Below, in pieces: positions 50,083 to 59,834 of a stretch of 64,000 nt of DNA. Both the position numbers and the translations under genes were made by a program. Under the pieces are notes generated by a model. That model worked only from the letters and a program-made list of their open reading frames with translations, did no database searches and was not told the origin of the DNA. Position 1 is the stretch's first letter, and the number at the start of each line of letters is the position of its first letter. This DNA comes from Pedobacter sp. (GTDB lineage: Bacteria; Desulfobacterota; Desulfuromonadia; Desulfuromonadales; Syntrophotaleaceae): contig JBFWJC010000001.1 of the NCBI GenBank assembly GCA_050253415.1, forward strand, positions 1,480,679-1,544,678, read 5' to 3'.

Positions 50083-50099
50083 CGCAAAGAGTGTGCCAG
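50083..50099 (-). promoter_or_regulatory. sigma54 promoter motif upstream of motA
   Basis: Minus strand CTGGCACACTCTTTGCG, a near-perfect TGGCAC-N5-TTGC match. Confidence 0.85.
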
Positions 50100-50218
50100 C
50101 TGAGTGTTCGCTGTGAATGTTATTATATGGTGTGTGCCATTTAGTTTAAAAAAAGCGGTTTATTAAGGTCTTGCAGGCTTTGGCCGAACACCTGTCTGTA
50201 TAGCCCAACGTTACAATT

Positions 50219-50251
50219 AAAAAAACCGCCCCGTTGCTGCAGGGCGGTTTT
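50219..50251 (-). terminator. Intrinsic terminator after flgE
   Basis: Minus strand AAAACCGCCC-TGCAGCAACG-GGGCGGTTTTTTT. Confidence 0.8.
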
Positions 50252-50284
50252 CAGGTATGTCAGAGTTTTGACCAATTCAGGTGG

Positions 50285-51526
50285 TTAGCGCTTGAGGTTG
50301 ATCAGTTCGCTAAGCATTTCGTCGGTGGTGGTGATGACTTTGGAGTTTGCCTGAAAACCTCTTTGGGTCGTGATCATTTTTACAAATTCAGAGGCCAGGT
50401 CAACGGTCGACTGTTCAAGCGAGTTGGTAAAGATTTTGCCCAGTTCAGTACCGGGGACACCGATGCGGGGAGAGCCCGATTCGCTGGTTGCGGAAAACAG
50501 GCTGGCCCCCTCTTTTTGCAGGCCGTTGAAATTGGAAAATTTGGCCAATGCGATCCGTGAGATTTTGACCTCTTCACCGTTGGAATACTTGGCCAGCACG
50601 TTTCCAGAATTATCTATGTCGATATTGGTGAGGTTACCCGAACTGTAGCCGTCCTGAGTCTGGGAAATAACCTGGGAATCGTTGGCGAACTGGGTGGTAT
50701 TCTCCAAGGCAAAATCGATGGTCTGAGCCGCAACGCCGGTGGCCAGAGTAAGAGGACCGATGGTTGCGGAGCCGCCGGAGATCTGGGTGCCGCTGGTGTC
50801 AAAAACCAAAGAGTTGGAGGCTGCGGCGGAGGAGTAGACGACAGCGTCATTTTCATCCACAACGTTCCAGTCCCAGGTATTGTCGGCGCTCTTGGTGAAG
50901 TAAGTGGTCAGCTGATGGGTGGCGCCCAAGGAGTCGAAAATGGTTGTGGAATTGGAATAATTATAGGTCGTGCTGTCTGCAGGATCAAAGGTTGCGCTGA
51001 TGATGTCAGCGTTGGCGTCAAGATTGGTTGACAGGGTCATGCTGCTGGTCATTCGGGCTGAAAGACCGGCGTTGATGTTGACCTGGATATCGGTGGGATC
51101 CGCACCGGAAAGTACGTCGTTTATATAGCTTATGCCCTGAACCCGATATCCTTCAGCATTGGTCAGGTAGCCCTCGCCATCAAAGCGGAACGAGCCAGCC
51201 CTTGTGAAATACAGGCTTTCATTGTCCTCCGCACGCACCACAAATAAGCCCTCGCCCTCGATAGCCAGATCCGTTTCCGACTCGGTGGTTTCGAATGTGC
51301 CCTGGCTGAAGAGGTTGTCGACCGAGGATAAACCTGTTCCCCGTCCAACCTGGGCTTCGCCGCCGGACCCGTTGACGGAGCTGGCCAGCAGGTCGGAAAA
51401 TACGGTGCGGCTCGATTTAAATCCAACGGTATTGGTGTTGGCGATATTGTTACCGATAACGGACATGGCCGTACCGTTGGTGTTCATGCCGCTGATGCCA
51501 CTGTAAAGTGCGCTTGAAAGGGCCAT
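50285..51526 (-). CDS. flgE: Flagellar hook protein
   Basis: GNNIANTNTVGFKSSR, FTRAGSF, LEQSTVDLASEF, QRGFQANSKVITT. Confidence 0.97.
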   Translation of the reverse strand: MALSSALYSGISGMNTNGTAMSVIGNNIANTNTVGFKSSRTVFSDLLASSVNGSGGEAQVGRGTGLSSVDNLFSQGTFETTESETDLAIEGEGLFVVRAEDNESLYFTRAGSFRFDGEGYLTNAEGYRVQGISYINDVLSGADPTDIQVNINAGLSARMTSSMTLSTNLDANADIISATFDPADSTTYNYSNSTTIFDSLGATHQLTTYFTKSADNTWDWNVVDENDAVVYSSAAASNSLVFDTSGTQISGGSATIGPLTLATGVAAQTIDFALENTTQFANDSQVISQTQDGYSSGNLTNIDIDNSGNVLAKYSNGEEVKISRIALAKFSNFNGLQKEGASLFSATSESGSPRIGVPGTELGKIFTNSLEQSTVDLASEFVKMITTQRGFQANSKVITTTDEMLSELINLKR

Positions 51527-51544
51527 TTGTGCTCTCCTTGTAAG

Positions 51545-51597
51545 GGACCGCGTCTGTCAGTCGGCGATCCGCGAACCTCCTCGAGAGGACCGGTTCG
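51545..51597 (-). promoter_or_regulatory. Two-hairpin candidate cis-regulatory RNA in the flgE leader
   Basis: CGAACC-GGT-CCT(CTCG)AGG-A-GGTTCG, then GGATCGC-CGACTGACAGAC-GCGGTCC, then SD AAGGAG. Confidence 0.55.
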
Positions 51598-51598
51598 G

Positions 51599-51976
51599 TT
51601 AAGCGATAATTGCGCTGTCTATGTTGGTGAAGACGTTGTCTTTTAGCTGGGCTTGATCCATGACCGTGACGACCTGGCGATTTTTTACACTGACCACCAG
51701 CGCGGTGTTGTCCATCAGTACCAGCGAATCGCGACCACCTTTGGCTTGCACCTGGGCGACGGCTCCATTGAGTCTTTGCAGCTCGCTGTCTGAAAAGCAG
51801 ATACCGCGACTGGCCATGCGGTCTTGAGCGTGGCGGGAAAATCCCACCTTGTGGTCCATCTGTCGTGCCAGGGCCTGATCGAAGGAGCCCGCGGTGGCCT
51901 TCGTTTTTGCGCCGGAGACCTTATTCAGGGTCTGGGTCAGCGAAGGCTGCGGAAGGATTGTAAGGCGCTCGCTCAT
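51599..51976 (-). CDS. Flagellar operon protein, TIGR02530-like
   Basis: FSRHAQDRMASRGI, KGGRDSLVL, VVSVKNRQVVT, NVFTNIDSA; between flgD and flgE. Confidence 0.88.
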   Translation of the reverse strand: MSERLTILPQPSLTQTLNKVSGAKTKATAGSFDQALARQMDHKVGFSRHAQDRMASRGICFSDSELQRLNGAVAQVQAKGGRDSLVLMDNTALVVSVKNRQVVTVMDQAQLKDNVFTNIDSAIIA

Positions 51977-51980
51977 AGGC

Positions 51981-52640
51981 TTAATTCCTGACGCTGGTCA
52001 CTTTGCCGAGACTGTATTGACCGGCGCTGGTGACCACTGCACTGCTGCCGCCGTTGAGGTCGACGCCGGTGACTGAGGTTCTCAGTAGAGGTTTGCCACT
52101 GGTGGTCGACTCGCCGTCTAACTTGGTGAGAATCTTTAATTGATACTCGCCGGCCGGCAGCGTTGTTCCGGAGGCATTCGTGCCGTTCCAGTTGATAAAA
52201 TGCTCACCGGCGGATAGTTCTGATCCGTCCAGGGTCGCGACTGTTTTGCCGTCAGCATTTTGGATAACGACCTGTGCCTCGTCGACACTGCCGGATAGTT
52301 CATAGCCCAGGGTTACCGGGTTGCTGCCCAACGTAAAGCTGTCGGACTGCACGACCACATCTTGTCCCATCAGTCCTAGAGCAGTCATTTGCACGACGTT
52401 GTTGTTGGTCGTTTCGAGCTGTCCGAGTTGATCGTTGACCGTGAACAGCTGTTCCAGGGAGCTGTATTGCGCAAGTTGCGATGTAAACTCCGTGGGATCC
52501 TGGGGATTGAGGGGATCCTGATTTTGCAGCTGAGTAACGAGCAGCAGCAGAAAATCATCCTTACCCAGGTTGCTCGCCCCGGTGAGACTGCCTGTAATAC
52601 TGCCGTTTGAAGTGCTGGTGACATCGGTAACTGTTGTCAT
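51981..52640 (-). CDS. flgD: Flagellar hook capping protein
   Basis: LGKDDFLLLLVTQLQNQDPLNP...QLAQYSSLEQ; WNG. Confidence 0.96.
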   Translation of the reverse strand: MTTVTDVTSTSNGSITGSLTGASNLGKDDFLLLLVTQLQNQDPLNPQDPTEFTSQLAQYSSLEQLFTVNDQLGQLETTNNNVVQMTALGLMGQDVVVQSDSFTLGSNPVTLGYELSGSVDEAQVVIQNADGKTVATLDGSELSAGEHFINWNGTNASGTTLPAGEYQLKILTKLDGESTTSGKPLLRTSVTGVDLNGGSSAVVTSAGQYSLGKVTSVRN

Positions 52641-52657
52641 GGTTTTGACCTGTCTCT

Positions 52658-54187
52658 TTAAATCCTCAAACTGAGGCCCTTGTCGGAAGATTGCCTGTTA
52701 GCCTGGACCGGCAGGTGCTGTTCTTCGGATTGCAGGGAAGAACGGTTCGCGTGTCGCCAGGGATTTTGCTGGGCCTGTTGTTGCTGCTGGCGATCGAAAA
52801 ATCCCTGGGCATTGTTTCGTTGGGCATCGACGCTGACCTGAATGGTTTCCAGGCGCAGCCCCTGTTGCTGCAGAGCTTCCTGCAGACGGGGCAGGTGCTT
52901 TTCAAGTATGTCGCGCACTTCACTGCTTTGGGCCTGGAGATGCAGTTGGAGACGGTCTTGCTCCTGAACGAGGTTGAGTTTCACCTGTCCCAGATCTTCA
53001 GGATGCAGCTCCACCGTGAGGTGTCGTTTGCCTTCCAGTTCGCGCAGCGAAGATCGCTGGATTACCTGCTCCATAACGTCTTGCTCCGGTACGAAAAAGC
53101 CGGACTTTTGCTGCAGGGATGCTTCTTGGGCTGCCGAGGTATGCACCACAGAAGATCCCGGTGTCATCAGGTTTCCCAACATGGGGGCTTGCCCATTGTT
53201 CGCGTTTATGCCACCGGACATTTCATTGCTTCCACTTGTCGGGCTTTCGCTGACCAAGGCATTAAGTTGCAATGCATGATCCTCCGGCAGGGAAGGACTT
53301 GTCTCTTCGCCTACTGCCTGGAGAGTCTCCATTACGACAGAATGTGTTCCATTACTCTTTCCGTTGCCAGAATCCTGTTGCAGTAACGAATGACCATCGT
53401 TCGCAGTTGATGTTTGTGCTGCAGGGGTCATGTCGGTGTTTTCGGATAATCCTGAAACGGAATTTTCCCCGGCGGTAATCTGCGTGCCGGATAATTCGGA
53501 TCCGGGTGTATCTCCGCGTCCAAGCAACTGTGCGAATCGATGGTCTCCAAGGGAAGTCGATTTTGCTTTCAGTGAAGGGGCGGTCCCCGAACCGAGAGTC
53601 CCGGGAGGAATAACCGGGATTTGTGCGTTTTGGGTCGTAGCTATCTGCTGTACGCTGCTGTTTGTCTTCGCCTGCTCGGAAGTAGCAGCTGGCGACACCG
53701 CATTGGAAAGCTGTTGGGCACCGTTAGCGGATGGTTTTGCGGTTTCAGAGAGTTGTTCCGTGATTGTTTTGCCATCGGCAAGATCAAACGGGTGTTCCTG
53801 GTCTGCTTGTTCCGTTGCCACGTGCAAGTCAGTTCGTATGCTCGACACGGCATCCAACTCAGAACCATCAGGTATCTGTCCCTGTATGCTGTTGGAACAG
53901 CTGGGGGCGAGATTTTGAGCTGCGGCCAAAGCTTGCGCATCCGCATCAGGCATGGCATCCGGTGCCGTTTCCTTTGCTTTTTCTTTTGTGGTGGAACTTT
54001 CGGTGGTATGGCGTTTTGCGGATTTTGCCTCGGATTGTTTTGGCACAGACGTCGGTTCAGCCTTATTGGCCTTGCCGGATTGCTGGTTTAAAACACTCTG
54101 AAATACACCTTCGGTGCTTGAGTCCGACGGTTTTCCCACACGCGCAGCAGAGGGGGTATTGGGCAGGGTTGCGGGTAGCATTTGCAT
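52658..54187 (-). CDS. fliK: Flagellar hook-length control protein
   Basis: Low-complexity S/T/A/Q N-terminus; VELHPEDLGQV...LPRLQEALQQQGL. Confidence 0.9.
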   Translation of the reverse strand: MQMLPATLPNTPSAARVGKPSDSSTEGVFQSVLNQQSGKANKAEPTSVPKQSEAKSAKRHTTESSTTKEKAKETAPDAMPDADAQALAAAQNLAPSCSNSIQGQIPDGSELDAVSSIRTDLHVATEQADQEHPFDLADGKTITEQLSETAKPSANGAQQLSNAVSPAATSEQAKTNSSVQQIATTQNAQIPVIPPGTLGSGTAPSLKAKSTSLGDHRFAQLLGRGDTPGSELSGTQITAGENSVSGLSENTDMTPAAQTSTANDGHSLLQQDSGNGKSNGTHSVVMETLQAVGEETSPSLPEDHALQLNALVSESPTSGSNEMSGGINANNGQAPMLGNLMTPGSSVVHTSAAQEASLQQKSGFFVPEQDVMEQVIQRSSLRELEGKRHLTVELHPEDLGQVKLNLVQEQDRLQLHLQAQSSEVRDILEKHLPRLQEALQQQGLRLETIQVSVDAQRNNAQGFFDRQQQQQAQQNPWRHANRSSLQSEEQHLPVQANRQSSDKGLSLRI

Positions 54188-54263
54188 GGGTTTTCACCTC
54201 CTTTCCTTAGGGATGGTGGTGGAAACCCGGGCATGCCGCCCGACTATGGAAAAGTGGGGCGGT

Positions 54264-54779
54264 TCAGTCCCGCGCCAGGGCGGGAAAGGAAGAACTCAGC
54301 TTTGCGGCGGTTTTTGCGTCCAGATTATCCAGGACCCGGCCAGCGGCTTTGACCTTCATGTTCTGCAGGATTTCCACCGAGAGCTCAAGATCCAGATCCG
54401 CGATAATGGCTGCCGCATTGGCCGGTTCCATTTTTTCGTAAATCTTGCTCAAGGTTTTAACTTTGACCGACTCCTGTTCCGTTTTCCGTTCCAGCAGGCG
54501 GGAAACCTCGTTGCGAACCTTGTTGAGCTCTGTTAGTTTCTTATCGACCTCCGACTGCAGGGTCTTTAGTTCCATTTCCTGTTTTTCCAAAGCTTTATCT
54601 CTTATTCTGATTTTTTGCAGTTCGGTCTGAATTGCGGCCTCGATGCGGCGTTCGGTGACGGAGCTTTCGGTCATAGCGGTACCCGATGCAAAGCTATCCT
54701 CTGCACGCAAGGTTGTGGCACAACAGGCGATAACAATGCCGGCAGTCAACAATATGGTAGCCAGATTACGCTTGTTCAT
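54264..54779 (-). CDS. MotE/YlxF-like protein (signal peptide, coiled coil, MgtE-N-like domain)
   Basis: LSKIYEKMEPANAAAII...ILQNMK...AGRVLDNLD. Confidence 0.8.
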   Translation of the reverse strand: MNKRNLATILLTAGIVIACCATTLRAEDSFASGTAMTESSVTERRIEAAIQTELQKIRIRDKALEKQEMELKTLQSEVDKKLTELNKVRNEVSRLLERKTEQESVKVKTLSKIYEKMEPANAAAIIADLDLELSVEILQNMKVKAAGRVLDNLDAKTAAKLSSSFPALARD

Positions 54780-55216
54780 AGGCTTTGCTTCCCGAGCAAC
54801 AGAGCAATTTCGTCCAGGTCGTTCATTTCCTGCCTGAGCATGTCTTGCCGGTACTCGTCCTCTCTTTTCGTCTTGAGTTTTTCCATCAGGGTTTTGTCTT
54901 TGCTGGCTTCGGTCAGGCGCATGCGCTGCTGCTCTGTCCGGGTGTGCAGGGTGGCAGCCTCCGCACGCAGTTCTTTGAGTTTGGCGGCTTGTCGTTTGAG
55001 GCTGCGCTCGTAGATGAGCAACTCCTGCAAAACCATGCCTTTGATTTTTTTCTGCTCAAATTCCTGTTCCAGTTCCCGGCAGGCCTGCTGATGGTTTTTT
55101 ATGACTTGTTCCATGGCGGCTTCTTCCGCCATCGCCTCGGCGAGGGTCTGGCGGGCCTGGTTTTCGAGCAGGGTGCGATGCTTGAGCAGTGACTGAAGCT
55201 TGAATTTAAATGCCAT
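54776..55216 (-). CDS. fliJ: Flagellar export protein FliJ
   Basis: FKFKLQSLLKHR...EMNDLDE; follows fliI. Confidence 0.92.
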   Translation of the reverse strand: MAFKFKLQSLLKHRTLLENQARQTLAEAMAEEAAMEQVIKNHQQACRELEQEFEQKKIKGMVLQELLIYERSLKRQAAKLKELRAEAATLHTRTEQQRMRLTEASKDKTLMEKLKTKREDEYRQDMLRQEMNDLDEIALLLGKQSL

Positions 55217-55225
55217 GGCGACCTC

Positions 55226-56527
55226 TTAGAGTTTGAGCTCTTGCAGCTGGGCGATAGTGGCCGGAAGATCGACGGCTTCGTGAACCCGTTGGCGCAGGAA
55301 GCTGGTGACGGCGTCGATATGTGCCAGGGCAAAGTCGATTTTCTGGTTGCTGCCTTTTTTATAGGCGCCGATGTTGATAAGGTCCTCCGCCTCCTGATAG
55401 GTGGCGAGCACTTCCCGCAGTCGGCCGCTTTGCTCCTGGTGGTCCTTGTCGACCACGGCGTTCATGACGCGGCTGGCCGAATGCAGGATATCGATGCAGG
55501 GGTAGTGGTTTTTTGCGGCCAGTCGGCGGGATAGCACGATATGACCATCGAGGATCGAGCGTACCGCATCGGCTATCGGTTCGTTCATGTCGTCACCTTC
55601 CACCAGCACCGTGTACAGGCCGGTAATGCTGCCGCTGTCGCGGAAGCTGCCGGCGCGCTCCAGGAGTTTGGGCAGGGTGGCGAATACCGAAGGCGTGTAA
55701 CCTTTGGTGGTCGGCGGTTCGCCAACTGCCAGACCTACTTCGCGCATGCCCATGGCGAAACGGGTGACGGAATCCATCATCAGCAATACGTTTTGTCCCT
55801 GTGCGCAAAAGTACTCGGCGATGGTGGTGGCGACAAACGCTCCGCGCATGCGCAGCAGGGGTGATTGATCCGAGGTCGCCACGATCACCACGCTGCGGGC
55901 CAATCCTTCGGGGCCCAGGTCGCGTTCGATGAACTCGCGGACTTCGCGGCCACGCTCCCCGATCAGCGCGATGACGTTGACGTCGGCCAGGGTGTTCTGG
56001 GCAATCATTCCCAGCAGGGTGCTTTTACCTACGCCGGAGCCGGCCATGATGCCCATGCGCTGTCCCTGTCCGCAGGTGAGAAGCCCGTTAATCGCGCGAA
56101 TCCCCAGATCCAGCGGGCGATCTATGGTGTCGCGCTCCATGGGGCCGGCCGGTAGTGCATATAAGGGCATGTCGATCTCGCGGCTGATGGCGGGACCGTT
56201 ATCGATAGGTTGGCCCATGGCATCGATAACCCGTCCCAGCAGCTCCCGGCCGACGGGCATGGTGGCGCTGTTGGAAACCACCCGTATGCGGCTGCCTGGT
56301 CCCAGCCCGCGCAATTCGCCAAGCGGCATCAGCAGAGCACGGGAATTGCGAAAACCAACCACCTCGGCCGGAACCGGAGTCCCTCCGTCACGCGGGATCA
56401 ATTCGCACAGGGTGCCGACGGTCGCAGCGGGACAATACCCTTCGACCACCAGCCCGACGATCTGGGTAACCTTGCCGGTTACCTGGATCGGGGCCAGGCT
56501 ATCGAGGCATTCCAGCAGACGGTCCAT
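55226..56527 (-). CDS. fliI: Flagellar export ATPase
   Basis: AGSGVGKSTLLG, IGERGREV, MDSVTRF, GEPPTTKGY, ILDGHIVL. Confidence 0.97.
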   Translation of the reverse strand: MDRLLECLDSLAPIQVTGKVTQIVGLVVEGYCPAATVGTLCELIPRDGGTPVPAEVVGFRNSRALLMPLGELRGLGPGSRIRVVSNSATMPVGRELLGRVIDAMGQPIDNGPAISREIDMPLYALPAGPMERDTIDRPLDLGIRAINGLLTCGQGQRMGIMAGSGVGKSTLLGMIAQNTLADVNVIALIGERGREVREFIERDLGPEGLARSVVIVATSDQSPLLRMRGAFVATTIAEYFCAQGQNVLLMMDSVTRFAMGMREVGLAVGEPPTTKGYTPSVFATLPKLLERAGSFRDSGSITGLYTVLVEGDDMNEPIADAVRSILDGHIVLSRRLAAKNHYPCIDILHSASRVMNAVVDKDHQEQSGRLREVLATYQEAEDLINIGAYKKGSNQKIDFALAHIDAVTSFLRQRVHEAVDLPATIAQLQELKL

Positions 56528-57231
56528 CAGGCCTGCTCCAGGGTTGCCAGCAGGCTGCGGTGGATCTGGTCGAGTTGCCCGTCAATGGTGGCATCGACAT
56601 CGCCTATTTCCGATTCGAGCAGGCAGCCGCCTCTGCTGATGCCGGGGTCCGGCTGGAAGGACAAGTTCTTGAGGCCGTTGATGCTTGCCAGAAACAGGGG
56701 TTTGTGGTCGGTCACGATCTCAAGATCGGCGGGATTGACCCGGACATGATAATAATCGGCCCGTACCGCCATGGTCAGTGCCCGCCCGATGGTGTCGATG
56801 ATGACTTGCGGGTTGACACTGGTTTCGGCGTGCAGCACCTGGCGAACGATAGACATCACCAGTCTCAGCATGTCGTTGCTGCTGTTTTGCAGCAGCGAGC
56901 CTCGCAGGCGGCTGACCTCCTCCATAGCCTGGGCCAGCATATCGCTGGCGTGGCCAAAGTGCTCTCTGGCTTCCCGCTGGGCATCTTCACGCCCCTGCCG
57001 GAAGGCTGCTTCCAGTTCCAGCTGATGATCGATGGTCGGATGTGCCTGAGGGGGGGTCGCCTGGTCCTCTTGCGTGGCTTGGGGATCGCAGGCTTCTTCC
57101 GGTTCAGGGCTGGACGGATGCTGATCCAGGGGATGGAAATGATCCACCGGCATATCGTTGCCAAGTTCCCTGAACTGCAATGGTTTCAGATCCTGTGGAT
57201 TACAGGGGCGTATCACTTTAGACAAGAGCAT
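56527..57231 (-). CDS. fliH: Flagellar assembly protein FliH
   Basis: AFRQG, VRVNPAD, DPGISRGGCLLES..GDVDA; start at ATG 57231 or TTG 57225. Confidence 0.9.
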   Translation of the reverse strand: MLLSKVIRPCNPQDLKPLQFRELGNDMPVDHFHPLDQHPSSPEPEEACDPQATQEDQATPPQAHPTIDHQLELEAAFRQGREDAQREAREHFGHASDMLAQAMEEVSRLRGSLLQNSSNDMLRLVMSIVRQVLHAETSVNPQVIIDTIGRALTMAVRADYYHVRVNPADLEIVTDHKPLFLASINGLKNLSFQPDPGISRGGCLLESEIGDVDATIDGQLDQIHRSLLATLEQA

Positions 57232-58240
57232 CCTGACCACCTCTGCCGGGGAGTATGATTTTTCCATCTTCTTCAAGCTTCAACGCTATCTTCACAATCT
57301 CCTGCTGAACAGCTTCGACTTCAGACAGCTTGACCGGACCCATGGCTTCCAAATCATCCATGATCATTTCAGCAGCGCGTTCGGAAATGTTCTCGAATAC
57401 TTTTGACTTGAGATCCTCGGAAGCCGACTTGAGAGACAGGGTCAACTGGTTGTTGTTCACCTCGCGTAGCAGAAGCTGCATGGTCCGACCATCCATTTTC
57501 GACAAGTCTTCAAAGGTGAACATCTGCTTGCGGATATTTTCTGCCAGGGTGCGGTCGGTTTTCTCGATATTGAGAAGAATATTACGGTCCGCGCCACTGC
57601 CCAGATGGTTGATAATGTCAACCGCTTTACCGATACCGCCGATCTGGTGTTGTTCCTTATGTGCCACAACGCGGATTTCCTGCTGCAGGGCGGTTTCGAT
57701 CTGAACCAGAACTTCCGGCGAAACCTTGTCGATCTTTGCGATGCGGAACATGATATTCGACTGTACATCCTCAGGAAGGTAATTGAGGATCTTGGCGGCG
57801 TGATCCACGCGCTGGGTCGACAGGATAACCGCTATGGTCTGGGGCATTTCGGCCCCCAGAAGGCTGGCCACCATGCGGGGATCCATCATGGCAATGGTTT
57901 CCAGGGCTCTGGCTCCGGACTCGAGGTTATCCATACCGAGGGATACCTGGGCCATGAGTTTTTTTGCGCGCTCCTCGTTGCCGCTTCCGGAAATGGCTTT
58001 TTTGACGAATTCGTTACTGCGCACGAAAAAGCCTGTATTGTTTTTTTGCGCCAGGGCGAATTCTTCAAGAATCTGTTCGGAAACCTTGGCAGGAATATGT
58101 TCGATAGCCAGCATGCAGCGGCTTATCTCCCGCACTTCGGCATCGCCAAGGGACTCAAACACCTGTGCGGTGGCTTGTTCGCCCAGGGTAAGCAACAGCA
58201 CCGCAGCTTTTTCCGGACCGGTCAGTTTTTTTATGTCCAT
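57218..58240 (-). CDS. fliG: Flagellar motor switch protein FliG
   Basis: LTGPEKAAVLL, EMPQTIA, GG linker, MFTFEDL, GPVKLSEVE. Confidence 0.96.
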   Translation of the reverse strand: MDIKKLTGPEKAAVLLLTLGEQATAQVFESLGDAEVREISRCMLAIEHIPAKVSEQILEEFALAQKNNTGFFVRSNEFVKKAISGSGNEERAKKLMAQVSLGMDNLESGARALETIAMMDPRMVASLLGAEMPQTIAVILSTQRVDHAAKILNYLPEDVQSNIMFRIAKIDKVSPEVLVQIETALQQEIRVVAHKEQHQIGGIGKAVDIINHLGSGADRNILLNIEKTDRTLAENIRKQMFTFEDLSKMDGRTMQLLLREVNNNQLTLSLKSASEDLKSKVFENISERAAEMIMDDLEAMGPVKLSEVEAVQQEIVKIALKLEEDGKIILPGRGGQDALV

Positions 58241-58280
58241 GGTACGTCTTTCAGGGGGTCAGGGATAAACCGGTTTAATC

Positions 58281-59834
58281 TCAATTGTCCTTAAGCCAGG
58301 CTTTGATGACCTGCGCCGGGTCGTTCTGTTGCGTCTGGGCTCCCCCGGGGAGACTAAGCGGAGCTTCCTGTTTTGCGCCGCCGTGGGGCAGGCCCGCCAT
58401 CTCCGATTCGAGTTGCTCAACCGTTTTGTAATGCTCTACCATGCGTCCCTCGCCGCGTAATACCTGCAGCAGCGGGCGAATAATCAGGAAATAAAGCAGC
58501 CCCACCGCAAGGCACAAAAGTGCGTATTTGATCATCGGTATCATCTGATAAATACGACTCCAGGGCGATGCTTTGACAAGTGGTTCGGTGCTGAATGCGG
58601 TTTCAAAAGGCCTTGATATGACCGCTATCTGATCACCGCGTGTCGGATTGATTCCAAGTGCCCGACTGACCATTTTTTCGATGGCCGCCAGTTCTTTAGC
58701 ATCACGCGGTTCCGTGGTAGGCGCAGAGTCTTCGCTATTTTCCACCAGACGATCGGCAACCAGCACCGCCACCGAGATGTTTTTAAGGGTACCCACCGGG
58801 TCGACCTGCTTGCTGACCACTTTGCTGATTTCGTAGTTGATCGTTTCATTGGTACGGCTGGTCGGGATGAACGAGGACCCTCCTTGTTCGTCTTTGATAT
58901 TGGATTGCACGCCGGGAACGCCACCGGTACCGGTGATGCCGCCTTTTTCAGTGGAAGACTGCTCGCTGCGCACCGCTGTGGTGTTAGGGTCGTAGCTTTC
59001 CTCCATGCGTTCGCGCTGGGTATAATCGATCACCGCGGTGACCTGCACCATGGAGTTGCCCATCCCCAGAGCCCGGTCGAGCAGGGCCTGAGCGCGCAAT
59101 TCCAGGCTTTGTTCCAGGTTCTTCTGGTATTCAAGCATGTCCGGTGCCGTGCCCGTTCCGGCGGTGTGGTCGCGGGTTTTGGACAACACCCGGCCGTTGT
59201 CATCGATAACGGCCACCTGTTCGGAATCGAGCCCGTCGACACTGCCGGACACCAGGTTGACGATTCCGAGAATCTGGCCTTCGTGCAGGCTCTGGCCGGC
59301 GGCCAGTTTGACAATAACCGAGGCGCTGGCCTTTTGTTGCTGGTCGCGAAACAGGCGTTTTTCCGGTAATGCCAGATGAACCCGTGCGGCTTCAACCGGT
59401 GCCAGAGAAGCGATGGTGCGCGCCAACTCGCCTTGAAGGGCCCGCAGATAGTTGATCTTTTGCGCAAAGTCGGTCATGCCGAAACTCTGTTTGTCAAATA
59501 TTTCAAAACCGACGCCGCCGCCATTGGGCAACCCACTTCCCGCCATGGCAAGCCGGGTTTCGTAGACCTGATCCGCCGGGATAAAGATGGCACGCCCACC
59601 GTTTTCGAGACGGTAGGGTACCTTCTGCTCTTTAAGTCGATCTACGACGGCCGAGGCGTCAGCACTGTCGAGGTTGCCGAACAGAAGCTGATAGTCGGCT
59701 TTATTCGCCTGCAGAATAATGCCGGCAAAAAACACGATGCAGACAAGTATCGTTGCGGCGAGACTTAATTGGCGCTTGCGGGGCCACTGTCGAATGGTCT
59801 CGATCAGATTTGACGGAGCGGTTGTTTCGGCCAT
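58281..59834 (-). CDS. fliF: Flagellar MS-ring protein
   Basis: GFEIFDKQSFGMTDF, RALQGELARTI, ARVHLALP, RGDQI; two TM helices. Confidence 0.96.
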   Translation of the reverse strand: MAETTAPSNLIETIRQWPRKRQLSLAATILVCIVFFAGIILQANKADYQLLFGNLDSADASAVVDRLKEQKVPYRLENGGRAIFIPADQVYETRLAMAGSGLPNGGGVGFEIFDKQSFGMTDFAQKINYLRALQGELARTIASLAPVEAARVHLALPEKRLFRDQQQKASASVIVKLAAGQSLHEGQILGIVNLVSGSVDGLDSEQVAVIDDNGRVLSKTRDHTAGTGTAPDMLEYQKNLEQSLELRAQALLDRALGMGNSMVQVTAVIDYTQRERMEESYDPNTTAVRSEQSSTEKGGITGTGGVPGVQSNIKDEQGGSSFIPTSRTNETINYEISKVVSKQVDPVGTLKNISVAVLVADRLVENSEDSAPTTEPRDAKELAAIEKMVSRALGINPTRGDQIAVISRPFETAFSTEPLVKASPWSRIYQMIPMIKYALLCLAVGLLYFLIIRPLLQVLRGEGRMVEHYKTVEQLESEMAGLPHGGAKQEAPLSLPGGAQTQQNDPAQVIKAWLKDN

